This document shows, one piece after another, positions 27,735-36,503 of a stretch of DNA of 64,000 nt (the first letter of the stretch is position 1; each line of letters opens with the position of its first letter). The notes beneath the pieces were generated by a model that had not been told where the DNA came from, did no database searches, and saw only the letters and a program-made list of their open reading frames with translations. Made by a program: the position numbers and the translations under genes. The DNA is from Stellaceae bacterium (GTDB lineage Bacteria; Pseudomonadota; Alphaproteobacteria; ATCC43930; CGMCC-115725). The stretch is from assembly GCA_035504235.1 (NCBI GenBank), contig DATJSH010000085.1, positions 22 through 64,021 on the forward strand, written 5' to 3'.

Positions 27735-28985
27735 TCATCGCGGGTTGACCCCTTGGCCGCCGGGCGCCGGCGTATTGACCCCGGTGCTGCCGACGCCCTC
27801 CGGGCCGATCTCCGGCTCTTGCGCGTTCATCTGCCCGGGTTCGCCTTGCTGGACGGCGACCTTGGCGCCGGGGAACAGCCGGTTGGTTCCCGAAACCACG
27901 ACCTTGTCGCCGGCCCGCAGACCCTTGCCGATCAGCGCGGTATTGTTTTCGATCTGCATGACATCGACACCGCGCGTGTCGACCGTCGAATCGGGCTTGA
28001 TGAAATAAACGAAGCTGCCTTTCGGCCCCATCTGCACCGCGGCAGATGGCACGGTCACACCGTTCTTGACCGTGTCGAGGACGAGATGGGCATTGACGAA
28101 GGCGCCCGGCCATAAAATCTCGTTATCGTTGGGAAACGTCGCCTTGAGCGTCACCATGCCGGTGGTCTGGTCGACCTGGTTGTCGATCAGGGTCAGCTTC
28201 CCTTCCGCGATTTGTTTCGCGTCACTGGCGTCGAAGGCGGCGACGGCCAACGGATGCTCTGCCATTTGCTCGCGGATGCGCGTGAGGCTTGCCCCTGACA
28301 GCGAGAAGGTGACAAAGATTGGCTTCATCTGGGTGATGACGACCAGCGGCGTCGCGGCGCTCGCCAGAACAAGATTGCCGATATCGACCTGGCGGCGGCC
28401 GGTGCGGCCGTCAATCGGCGAGCGGATCGAGGTGTAGTCGAGATTGACTTTGGCCTGCTCGACTTGCGCCTTGTCGCTGTCGACCGTCGCCTGATCGGAA
28501 GCGACGGTCGCCTTGTCGTTGTCGTATTGCTGCCGGGTGACCGCGATCTGCGTGTTCACGAGCGCCGCGTCGCGAGCCAGGTTGAGCTGGGCGTTCGAGA
28601 GGTTGGCTTGGTCCTTCTCCTGGTTGGCGATCGCCTGGTCGAGCGCTGCCTGGTAGGGACGCGGGTCGAGCTGAACCAGCAAATCGCCCGCCTTGACGTC
28701 CTGTCCCTCCTTGTATGCGACCTGGACGATGTTGCCGTCGACACGGCTCTTGACCGTTACCGTGTTGTAGGCCTGCACCGAGCCGATACCGCGCAGGATG
28801 ATAGGAACGTCTTCCGCCTTTGCCGCGGTCGCGAAAACGGGCACCGCCGCTTGCTGCCCAGACTGTGCCTGCCCGGTTTCCGGCGCGGCGTTGGCCCTGT
28901 GATGGTGCGCGGAAACCAGCCAGGCCACCACACACGCGGCGGCGACGGCGCCGAGCATCGCCATAAACTTGCGTGAAGATTGCAC
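27735..28985 (-). CDS. RND efflux periplasmic adaptor (MFP) subunit
   Basis: N-terminal TM anchor, coiled-coil hairpin region and beta-barrel domains. Sits directly upstream of the RND pump. Start is GTG at 28985 or ATG at 28964. Confidence 0.9.
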   Translation of the reverse strand: MQSSRKFMAMLGAVAAACVVAWLVSAHHHRANAAPETGQAQSGQQAAVPVFATAAKAEDVPIILRGIGSVQAYNTVTVKSRVDGNIVQVAYKEGQDVKAGDLLVQLDPRPYQAALDQAIANQEKDQANLSNAQLNLARDAALVNTQIAVTRQQYDNDKATVASDQATVDSDKAQVEQAKVNLDYTSIRSPIDGRTGRRQVDIGNLVLASAATPLVVITQMKPIFVTFSLSGASLTRIREQMAEHPLAVAAFDASDAKQIAEGKLTLIDNQVDQTTGMVTLKATFPNDNEILWPGAFVNAHLVLDTVKNGVTVPSAAVQMGPKGSFVYFIKPDSTVDTRGVDVMQIENNTALIGKGLRAGDKVVVSGTNRLFPGAKVAVQQGEPGQMNAQEPEIGPEGVGSTGVNTPAPGGQGVNPR

Positions 28986-29161
28986 CGGAATAACCTGCGA
29001 CTGCCGGATATGAGATAACGCCGCGCCGCTCCGATTATCCCCGCAACGCAGTTCACCGCTCTGTTGCGGGGATGGCGCCGACGGTTCCTGCCAATGACCT
29101 GATTGCCGCCAATGTTGCGTGCCGGGTCCGCCGGCCTCAGCTCAGCGGCTTCCGTCAGCTC

Positions 29162-30517
29162 TTAGGCCGAGCGGCGTGCCGTCTGCGGCGCGGCGCGATC
29201 GAAGGCGCTGTCCGGCCAGGCGAGGCCGTAATGCTCGCGCAGGGTGGCGCCCTCGTATTCGGTTCGAAACAGACCGCGCTTCTGCAGGATCGGGATGACC
29301 TCGGCGTTGAAGGCGTCGAGTTGCACCGGCAGCAAAGGCGGCATGACGTTGAACCCGTCGGCGGCGCCGTGGTGGAACCAGTCTTCGATCAAGTCGGCTA
29401 TCTGCTCCGGGGCGCCAGCGGTCACATAATGGCCGCGCGCGCCGGCCAAGTAGCCGAGCAATTGCCGCAAGGTCGGCTTGTCGCGCCGCACGAGGTTGAG
29501 AATGACCTCGGTTCGGCTGCGCGCCGCCTGGACCGTCGCGGGATCGGGAAAATCCTCGGGCCGCAAGGGTCGGTCGAGCGGCAGGCCGGAGAAATCATGC
29601 CCGCCAAAGCGGTTCGACAGCCGCTTGCGGCCGACTTCGGGGTCGGTGAGGTCGTTGGTCTCGCGCGCCAAGCGCTGCGCCTCCGCCTCGGTGCCGGCGA
29701 TCATCGGTGAGAGCCCCGGCAGGATCAGCACCTGGGCCGCGTCGCGGCCTTCCTCGACCGCCAGCCGCTTGAGGTCGGCATAGAACTCCTGCGCCGTCGC
29801 TTTCGCCATGTGCGCGGTGAACACTGCCTCGGCGTGCCTTGCCGCGAAGCGCCGCCCGGTATCGGACGACCCAGCCTGCACCAGCACCGGCCGCCCCTGC
29901 GGACAGCGCGGCATGTTGAGCGGTCCTTCGATCTTGTAGAAGTCGCCGCGATGATCGATCGGCCGGATGCGGTCCGCTCGTGCGTATTCCCCGCTTGCCC
30001 GGTCGTCGAGCACGGCGTCGTCGGCCCAGCTGTCCCACAGCGCCTTGACGACGGTCATGAATTCTTCGCCGCGGGTGTAACGGTCGGCATGACTGACCTG
30101 GCCGTCGCCACCAAAATTGGCCGCGGCGGTCGCCAGCCACGAGGTTACGATGTTCCATGCCGCGCGGCCATTCGAGATGTGGTCGATCGAGGCGAATTGT
30201 CGGGCGAGGTTGAAGGGTTCGGTGTAGGTGGTCGAGCAGGTGGCGATGAGCCCGATGCGCTGGGTCGCCACGGCGACCGCCGCCAGCACCGTCAGCGGCT
30301 CGAGCCAGGTGCGTGCCGCCTGCGCCACGTCGCCGCCCAGCGCCAGTTGGTCGGCGAGGAAGATGGAGTCGAACTTGGCCGCCTCGGCGCGCTGCGCCAG
30401 GTCCTGGTAATAGCGGATGTCGGTCAGCGGCAGCGGCGAGGTATCCGGGTGCCGCCACGACGCCTCGTGGTGCCCGCGGCTGTGGATGAACAGGTTGAGG
30501 TGCAACTGCCGTTTCAT
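29162..30517 (-). CDS. NtaA/SnaA/DszA-family LLM flavin-dependent monooxygenase
   Basis: MKRQLHLNLFIHSRGHHEASWRHP N-terminus, typical of this family. About 451 aa. Confidence 0.85.
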   Translation of the reverse strand: MKRQLHLNLFIHSRGHHEASWRHPDTSPLPLTDIRYYQDLAQRAEAAKFDSIFLADQLALGGDVAQAARTWLEPLTVLAAVAVATQRIGLIATCSTTYTEPFNLARQFASIDHISNGRAAWNIVTSWLATAAANFGGDGQVSHADRYTRGEEFMTVVKALWDSWADDAVLDDRASGEYARADRIRPIDHRGDFYKIEGPLNMPRCPQGRPVLVQAGSSDTGRRFAARHAEAVFTAHMAKATAQEFYADLKRLAVEEGRDAAQVLILPGLSPMIAGTEAEAQRLARETNDLTDPEVGRKRLSNRFGGHDFSGLPLDRPLRPEDFPDPATVQAARSRTEVILNLVRRDKPTLRQLLGYLAGARGHYVTAGAPEQIADLIEDWFHHGAADGFNVMPPLLPVQLDAFNAEVIPILQKRGLFRTEYEGATLREHYGLAWPDSAFDRAAPQTARRSA

Positions 30518-30589
30518 GCCGCTCAATCCATATGTCCGGGCCTTGCTGCCGCGCGCATTGTGAAGGACACGGCAGCGCGGCGCCAGCGG

Positions 30590-31792
30590 TTACGGCCGCT
30601 TCAGGAGCCGTGCATCGGGCGGGACGGGGTCGTCGGCGAGTTGCACGGCGCGGTGCCGCGCTTGCGCCTCCTCGATCAGCAGCGACAGGAGCGCGGTGAA
30701 GCCAACGGGTTCCGGCGCCGCCTCCCACAAATAGAAACCGAATGAGCCGGGACACGGGTTGACCTCGTTGAGCCAGACCTCGCCGGTCGCTTCATTACTC
30801 AAGAAGTCGATGCGCGGCGCACCCGTGCCGCCGACCGCCTCGAAGGCGGCGATCGCCCAGCGCCGCAGATTGTCCGCAAACGCTTGCGGCAGGTCGGGGT
30901 TGATCTCGCGGGTCAGCGACAGCATGCCCTGGCTCGATTGCCCGAGCAACTTGCCGCCAGCGATCTTGCTGTCGCCGCCGGAGAGATATTTCTGGCGGAA
31001 GTCGAGCAGTTCCTCGACCCGTTTCGGCCGCTCGATCGCCGAGCATCGGATAGCCCCGCCAAAGCGCGCCACCGAGACGTTGTACTCGACGAGGTTCGGC
31101 ACAAACGGCTCGATCAGTGCCTGTGCGTCGAGCCGGAAGATCGCCGCCAGCAACGCCCGCGCTTCCTCGATAGTCTCGGCCTTGCCGACACCGATGCTGC
31201 TGCCGAGATGCACCGGCTTGACGATGCAGGGAAAGCCGATATTGGCGAGCTGCATCTCTTCGGTCAGCGCCTCCGCTCCGGGCAGCCCGCTCGCCGGACG
31301 GTCGATCACCGCCTGGCGCAGCAGCGGGATGCCGCTGCCTTCGAGCGCGCGCTTGGTCACGGCCTTGTCCATGAGCACCGCCGAGGCCAGCGTGCGCATC
31401 CCGGTATAGGGAATGTTGGCGGCCTCGCAGAGGCCCTGCATCTGCCCATCTTCGCCGCCCGAGCCGTGAAACGCGAGCAACGCCACGTCGAACTCGGTCG
31501 GCGGCCGGCGCGAGAAGAGCCCGGTCTGGCGCGGGATGAGCCGTCCGCCACTGTCCGCGGCGATATCGAGCGTCACTTCGGTCAACTTGGCGCGCAGCTG
31601 CGCGCCGGGCAGGTAGTTCCGGCGCTCGTCGAGACCCGGCCCGATGAGCCAGTCGCCCTGCGGTGTCACATAGACGACGAAGGCGTCGAACCGCGCCTGG
31701 TCGAGCGCCGCAACGGCCTGCAGTCCGGTTACGACACTGACATCGTGCTCCGGCGAGCGGCCGCCGAGGAACACCGCAATTCGGGTTTTCAT
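30590..31792 (-). CDS. D-alanine--D-alanine ligase family ATP-grasp protein (long paralog)
   Basis: FLGGRSPEHDVSVVTG, FHGSGGEDGQMQG, VKPVHLGSSIGV and NEVNPCPG motifs. At 400 aa it is longer than canonical Ddl. Confidence 0.8.
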   Translation of the reverse strand: MKTRIAVFLGGRSPEHDVSVVTGLQAVAALDQARFDAFVVYVTPQGDWLIGPGLDERRNYLPGAQLRAKLTEVTLDIAADSGGRLIPRQTGLFSRRPPTEFDVALLAFHGSGGEDGQMQGLCEAANIPYTGMRTLASAVLMDKAVTKRALEGSGIPLLRQAVIDRPASGLPGAEALTEEMQLANIGFPCIVKPVHLGSSIGVGKAETIEEARALLAAIFRLDAQALIEPFVPNLVEYNVSVARFGGAIRCSAIERPKRVEELLDFRQKYLSGGDSKIAGGKLLGQSSQGMLSLTREINPDLPQAFADNLRRWAIAAFEAVGGTGAPRIDFLSNEATGEVWLNEVNPCPGSFGFYLWEAAPEPVGFTALLSLLIEEAQARHRAVQLADDPVPPDARLLKRP

Positions 31793-31824
31793 CGCGATGT
31801 CTTATCCTATAGGCAAGGGGGCAA

Positions 31825-32613
31825 ATGCTACTCGAACGTCAGGATATAGATGCGGCGGGAACGCGCTTTGCCGCCTTTCGCCTCGCCGGCGTCGCGCGCG
31901 CCGACGCGCCGGAATTGGTCTGGGCGCATGGCTGGGCGCACAGTCATCTGTCGCTGGCGCCGCTCGCCGAGGCGATGCGAGGACGGGCCGATTCGTGGCT
32001 GGCGGATCTGCCGGGGTTTGGCGCGTCGCCGCTGCCGCCGGGTCCCTGGGGCACAGCGGATTATGCCGATGCGATGGCCGACTGGCTGGCGACGTTGCCG
32101 GCGCGCAAGCGAGTGTGGGTCGGCCACTCCTTCGGCTGCCGTGTCGGGTTGCAGCTAGCGGCACGACATCCCGAGGCAGTGGCCGCCTTGTTCCTGATCG
32201 CCGCCGCCGGGTTGCCGCCGCATCGCTCGCTGGCGACGCGGCTCCGACGCATGCCGCGACGCCTCGCGTTTCGTGCGACGCGGGCGATGACCCCCGAAGG
32301 GCCGGCGCGCGAACGGTTGCGCGAGCGCTACGGCAGCAGCGATTACCGCACCGCCGGGGCGATGCGCCCGGTGCTGGTGAAGGCGGTGAACGAGGACCTG
32401 ACCGCCGTCGCCCGTCGCATCGGACTGCCGGTGATGCTGGTGCATGGCGAGGCCGACACCGAAAGCCCGCCGGAGATCGCGACCCGGCTGCACGCGTTGA
32501 TTACCGGCTCGCAGCTGCATCTGCTGCGAGGATTCGACCATCTGACGATCCTTGGTGACGGGCGGCACCAAGTGATCCATCTGCTCGGCGAATTGCTGGT
32601 GAGCCTCAAATGA
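31825..32613 (+). CDS. alpha/beta hydrolase
   Basis: HGW oxyanion region and GHSFG nucleophile elbow. C-terminal GFDH supplies the catalytic His. RBS AAGGGGG. The stop overlaps the next ATG. Confidence 0.75.
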   Translation: MLLERQDIDAAGTRFAAFRLAGVARADAPELVWAHGWAHSHLSLAPLAEAMRGRADSWLADLPGFGASPLPPGPWGTADYADAMADWLATLPARKRVWVGHSFGCRVGLQLAARHPEAVAALFLIAAAGLPPHRSLATRLRRMPRRLAFRATRAMTPEGPARERLRERYGSSDYRTAGAMRPVLVKAVNEDLTAVARRIGLPVMLVHGEADTESPPEIATRLHALITGSQLHLLRGFDHLTILGDGRHQVIHLLGELLVSLK

Positions 32614-34196
32614 GCGGCCTCTTCGCGCTCGCCGGTTTTGCGCTGCTCGCGCTCAAGCGGCTCCTGACCTATCTCCATCTTTTTCAGCAAGAGGAATACG
32701 ATAACCGGCGCTTTCTCGCATGGGTCGCAAAGAGTCGCGCCTTCGACCGCCGGTTGTCTGTTGCTTTTCTTGCCGTATGGCTGATGCAGCTTGTGCTGCA
32801 CGGGGTTCCGGATTGGGCATTTGGTGCGCTTGCCGGCGTAGCTGCGGCAGCGATCGCCGCGTTCGAGCCCGACCCGCGCAAGACCGCCAAGAAGCGGCTG
32901 ACGATGACTGCGCGCGCCATGCGTATCTATCTTGTCGCGCTGGGCCTCTTGGCGCTTGTCGGTGTCGCCGCGGCATTGCTGACCGGCCCGATTGTCTTAT
33001 GGATCGTACCGGTGCAGTTGGTGCCGCTGGCGCTTGTCGCCGGCAATCTGCTGCTCGCGCCGGTCGAGGCAAGGACGCAGCACCGCTATTGGGACGAGGC
33101 GCAGGCGACCCTGCGCCGCATCGACCCGATGGTCATCGCCATCACCGGCTCCTATGGTAAGACCTCGGTCAAGCACATCCTCGGCCACGTGCTCGAAACC
33201 GCGGCGCCGACGCTGATCACCCCCGGCAGCGTCAACACCGCGATGGGCATCGCGCGGGTGATCCGCGAGCAGCTGCAACCGCATCAGCGCTTTTTTGTCG
33301 TCGAGATGGGCGCCTACGGGCCGGGCTCGATCCGCCGGCTCTGCGAGTTGACGCCGCCGAAAATGGGCATCGTCACCGCGATCGGCATGGCGCATTACGA
33401 GCGCTTCAAATCGCTGGAGACCGTTGCCGAGGCCAAGTTCGAGCTTGCCGAAGCGACGGCCGTGCAAGGCGGTACGGTGATCGCCGCCGCCGACGTGCTG
33501 GAATTTGCCGCGCCGCAGCGTTTCGCGGCAGCGCATCCCGACATTTTCCTGACGGTGGGCGCCCCCGACAATGCCGCAGTCGCCGTCACCGCGATGCGCC
33601 AGGACATCGACGGCATTGCGGTCCGCGTGACCTGGCGAGACCAGCAATACGAGCTGCGCGCGCCGCTCTTCGGACTGCAGCAGGGCAAGAACGTGGCGCT
33701 CGCCTTTGCCGCCGCCTGTACGCTCGGCCTCCCGCCGGAAGATGTCGTCGCCAGCCTGCGGTCGACACCACAGATCGCGCACCGGCTCGAGGTGAAGCGC
33801 GAGCGGAACGGCGCGACCTTGATCGACGACGCCTACAACTCCAACCCGGTGGGTTTTGCCGCGGCGCTCGACGTGCTCGATTTGCTGCGCGGGGCGGAGG
33901 GCCGGCGCATCCTCGTGACCCCCGGCATGGTCGAACTCGGCGCAGCGCACGATGACGAGCACCGCCGTATCGGCCGGCTCGCCGCCGCACATGTCGATGT
34001 GCTGGTCGCGGTGGCGCCGCACCGCGTCGCACCGCTCGCCGAGGCTTTCAAGGAGACCGCCCCCGCGGCCGAGGTCGTCTCCTGCCCCGGTTTTGCCGAG
34101 GCGCAGGCGTGGATGGCGCGCAACATCGCGCCGGGCGACGTGGTGCTGCTAGAGAACGACCTGCCCGACCTCTTGGAGCAAAAGCTTCGCCTTTAG
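32610..34196 (+). CDS. Mur ligase family protein, MurF-like catalytic and C-terminal domains with an N-terminal multi-TM region
   Basis: P-loop ITGSYGKTS, VVEMGA, GIVTAIGMAHYERF, DDAYNSNP and PGMVELG. The first ~140 aa form 4-5 hydrophobic helices where a MurF domain 1 would be. Confidence 0.8.
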   Translation: MSGLFALAGFALLALKRLLTYLHLFQQEEYDNRRFLAWVAKSRAFDRRLSVAFLAVWLMQLVLHGVPDWAFGALAGVAAAAIAAFEPDPRKTAKKRLTMTARAMRIYLVALGLLALVGVAAALLTGPIVLWIVPVQLVPLALVAGNLLLAPVEARTQHRYWDEAQATLRRIDPMVIAITGSYGKTSVKHILGHVLETAAPTLITPGSVNTAMGIARVIREQLQPHQRFFVVEMGAYGPGSIRRLCELTPPKMGIVTAIGMAHYERFKSLETVAEAKFELAEATAVQGGTVIAAADVLEFAAPQRFAAAHPDIFLTVGAPDNAAVAVTAMRQDIDGIAVRVTWRDQQYELRAPLFGLQQGKNVALAFAAACTLGLPPEDVVASLRSTPQIAHRLEVKRERNGATLIDDAYNSNPVGFAAALDVLDLLRGAEGRRILVTPGMVELGAAHDDEHRRIGRLAAAHVDVLVAVAPHRVAPLAEAFKETAPAAEVVSCPGFAEAQAWMARNIAPGDVVLLENDLPDLLEQKLRL

Positions 34197-35038
34197 GCTT
34201 TAACCGCCTTGGCGATCAATACCGTGCCCGGCAGGCGCATCCCGGCGCGAGTCAGGTAGGGCGCGTAGGCGGCCGCAGTTTCAGCGACGATCGCCTGGCG
34301 CACGCTTTCGGGCGCCTGCTTTTCTTCCATCAGCCGCCAGGCAGGGCCGAACATGGCGGCGTGCTCTGCCTCGCTTTTTGCGGTCAGGCCGATGATCTTG
34401 AACCCTTGCGGCGCGATGTCGATCTCGGCGAACCCGGCCTTGACGAGGATGTCGCGCAAATAGGCGGGGTCACGAAACGCCATAGGCCCGGGCGCGTGGG
34501 GGTCGACCGACGCAGGTTCGCCGAGATGCTTCGCCGCGATGTCGAACGGGATCTTCCAGTGTGCGTTCTCCGCCATCGATGCCCAGACCGCCATGCAAAG
34601 CCGCCCGCCGCGCCGCAACCCCGCGAACAGGTTGGTGAAGGCGGCGACCGGGTCGGCGAAGAACATCACGCCGAAGCGCGAGATCAGCAGGTCGAAGCTG
34701 TCAGCCGGAAAGCGCTGCGCCTGCGCATCGGCCCGGATCAGCGCGATGTTCGACACGCCGGCTTTGGCGATGTTCTCGCGCGCCTGGTCGAGCATCGGCT
34801 CGGAAATGTCGATGCCGGTGACGTGGCCGCTGGGTGCCACCGCCTGGGCGAACGGAATCGCCGTCGCGCCGGTGCCGCAGCCGATGTCGAGCACCCGCTC
34901 GCCGGGTTGCGGCGCCGCCGCGCGTTGCAAGAGGTGCGCGGCCTCGATATTGCGCGCTTCCTGAAGCCCCGCGCGGGCGACCCAGCGCGGCCCAGCGACC
35001 TTGTTCCAGTATTCTCCCATCGCCGCGTTGTCGGGCAT
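34193..35038 (-). CDS. class I SAM-dependent methyltransferase
   Basis: VLDIGCGTGAT motif I and a downstream DLLISRFG motif. 281 aa. Confidence 0.8.
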   Translation of the reverse strand: MPDNAAMGEYWNKVAGPRWVARAGLQEARNIEAAHLLQRAAAPQPGERVLDIGCGTGATAIPFAQAVAPSGHVTGIDISEPMLDQARENIAKAGVSNIALIRADAQAQRFPADSFDLLISRFGVMFFADPVAAFTNLFAGLRRGGRLCMAVWASMAENAHWKIPFDIAAKHLGEPASVDPHAPGPMAFRDPAYLRDILVKAGFAEIDIAPQGFKIIGLTAKSEAEHAAMFGPAWRLMEEKQAPESVRQAIVAETAAAYAPYLTRAGMRLPGTVLIAKAVKA

Positions 35039-35100
35039 CGGTGCCTCCCTCGCCTCTCATCCGCCTCTCCCGAAATGCGGAGAGGGGAGAGCAGTCACGG

Positions 35101-36342
35101 CTACTTGCCGAGCACGCCGTCGGCTTTGAGACCGTCGATCTCGCCGGCGCTCATGCCGAGCCAGCCCTGCAGCACCTCGCCGGTATGCTGGCCGAGCAGC
35201 GGTGATGGCTTGACCTTGGCCGGCGAGCCGTCAAAGCGCACCGGCCAGGCCGGCATCTTGACCGTGCCGGTCGTGGGATGCTCGAAGGTCTGCATGATGC
35301 CGCGCTCGGCGAGCGACGGGTCGGCCATCAATTCGGCGGTGTCGAACACCGCGCCGGCCGGCACCCCCGCCTCGCCGATCAGCTTCATCGCCTCATCCTT
35401 GCCGTGCTCGCGGGTCCAGGCGGAGATGATCTCGTCGACCTCGGCGGCGCGCTGGCTGCGCGCGTTCTGTGTGTCGTAGCGCTCGTCGCCCGCCAAATCC
35501 TCGCGACCGATGACGCGCAACAGGCGCTGCCAATGTTCGGGGTTGGCGCGGCTGCAGAACACATACACATAGTCGTTCGGCCCGCCCGGCTTGCACGGGT
35601 AGAGCGCCGAGGGCACGAGCCCGCCGGGCTGTGACTTGGCGCTGCCACCGCGCGGCGGCGCTTTGCCCGATGCCTGGGTGCGCGAGAAGGGCACGCGCAT
35701 GTAGTGGATCATCGCGTCCTGCATCGCGACCTGGAGCCGGCGGCCCTGGCCGGTCTTGGCCCGCTTGTAAAGCGCACCCAGAATGCTGATCGCCATCAGC
35801 ATCCCGGTGCCGGTGTCGCCGAAGCTGGGGCCGGGCTTGACCGGCGCCTGCCCGGCCTCGCCGGTGACGCTGGTCGGGCCGCCCGCCGCCTGCGCGATCA
35901 TGTCGAAGGCAAGGTTCTTCTCATACGGGCTGCCGGTGCCGAAGCCCTTGACCTGGCAGTAGATGATGCCGGGGTTGATGTTCTTGACCTCGTCATAGCC
36001 GAGGCCGAGCCGCTCGATCGTGCCGGGCGCCATGTTCTCGATCGTGACGTCGGCCTTGGCGAGCAACGCCTTGACGATTTCGAGGCCGCGCGGCGATTTG
36101 AGGTCGACCGTCAGCGATTTCTTGTTGGCGTTGAACTGGTGGAAATACCACGGGTCCTTGTCGGGCGCGCCGGGTCCTTGCAGGCGGCGCCCGGGGTCGC
36201 CGGTCAGCGGGTTCTCGATCTTGACGACCTCGGCGCCGAGCCAGGCCAGCGATTCGGTGCAGGACGGCCCCGCCTCGAACTGGGTGAAATCGACGATTTT
36301 GATGCCTTCGAGGCAATCGATCTCAACGCCGAGATTCGCCAT
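35101..36342 (-). CDS. CaiB/BaiF family III CoA-transferase
   Basis: ATG at 36342. IKIVDFTQFEAGPSCTESLAWLGAEVVKIENP resembles the Frc/CaiB N-terminus. Confidence 0.88.
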   Translation of the reverse strand: MANLGVEIDCLEGIKIVDFTQFEAGPSCTESLAWLGAEVVKIENPLTGDPGRRLQGPGAPDKDPWYFHQFNANKKSLTVDLKSPRGLEIVKALLAKADVTIENMAPGTIERLGLGYDEVKNINPGIIYCQVKGFGTGSPYEKNLAFDMIAQAAGGPTSVTGEAGQAPVKPGPSFGDTGTGMLMAISILGALYKRAKTGQGRRLQVAMQDAMIHYMRVPFSRTQASGKAPPRGGSAKSQPGGLVPSALYPCKPGGPNDYVYVFCSRANPEHWQRLLRVIGREDLAGDERYDTQNARSQRAAEVDEIISAWTREHGKDEAMKLIGEAGVPAGAVFDTAELMADPSLAERGIMQTFEHPTTGTVKMPAWPVRFDGSPAKVKPSPLLGQHTGEVLQGWLGMSAGEIDGLKADGVLGK

Positions 36343-36503
36343 GTCAAATCCCCCCGGAAAGTTGCGTACACAGTAGCGCTCCTCTCGGCGAGGCGCCATT
36401 TTGAATTGGCTTCACGGCGAGAGCCGGGGGCCGCTCACCCAAGTTCTCGGGCGCTGAAAACTGGGATCCGGCTTCGCCGGGACCCTTAAGAGGGCTTGAA
36501 GAA

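Noticed and set aside
29038-29072. Hairpin tccccgcaac / gttgcgggga with a 15-nt loop between the NtaA-like gene end and the MFP gene start
   Set aside because: It could be a terminator or an operator. However, the loop is long, there is no U-tract on the relevant strand and no nearby regulator gene. Evidence is insufficient to annotate it.
29595-30755. 386-aa minus-strand ORF and 311-aa plus-strand ORF (29810..30745) over the NtaA-like gene
   Set aside because: These are alternative frames of a clearly recognisable LLM monooxygenase gene. They have low-complexity Arg/Pro/Gly composition.
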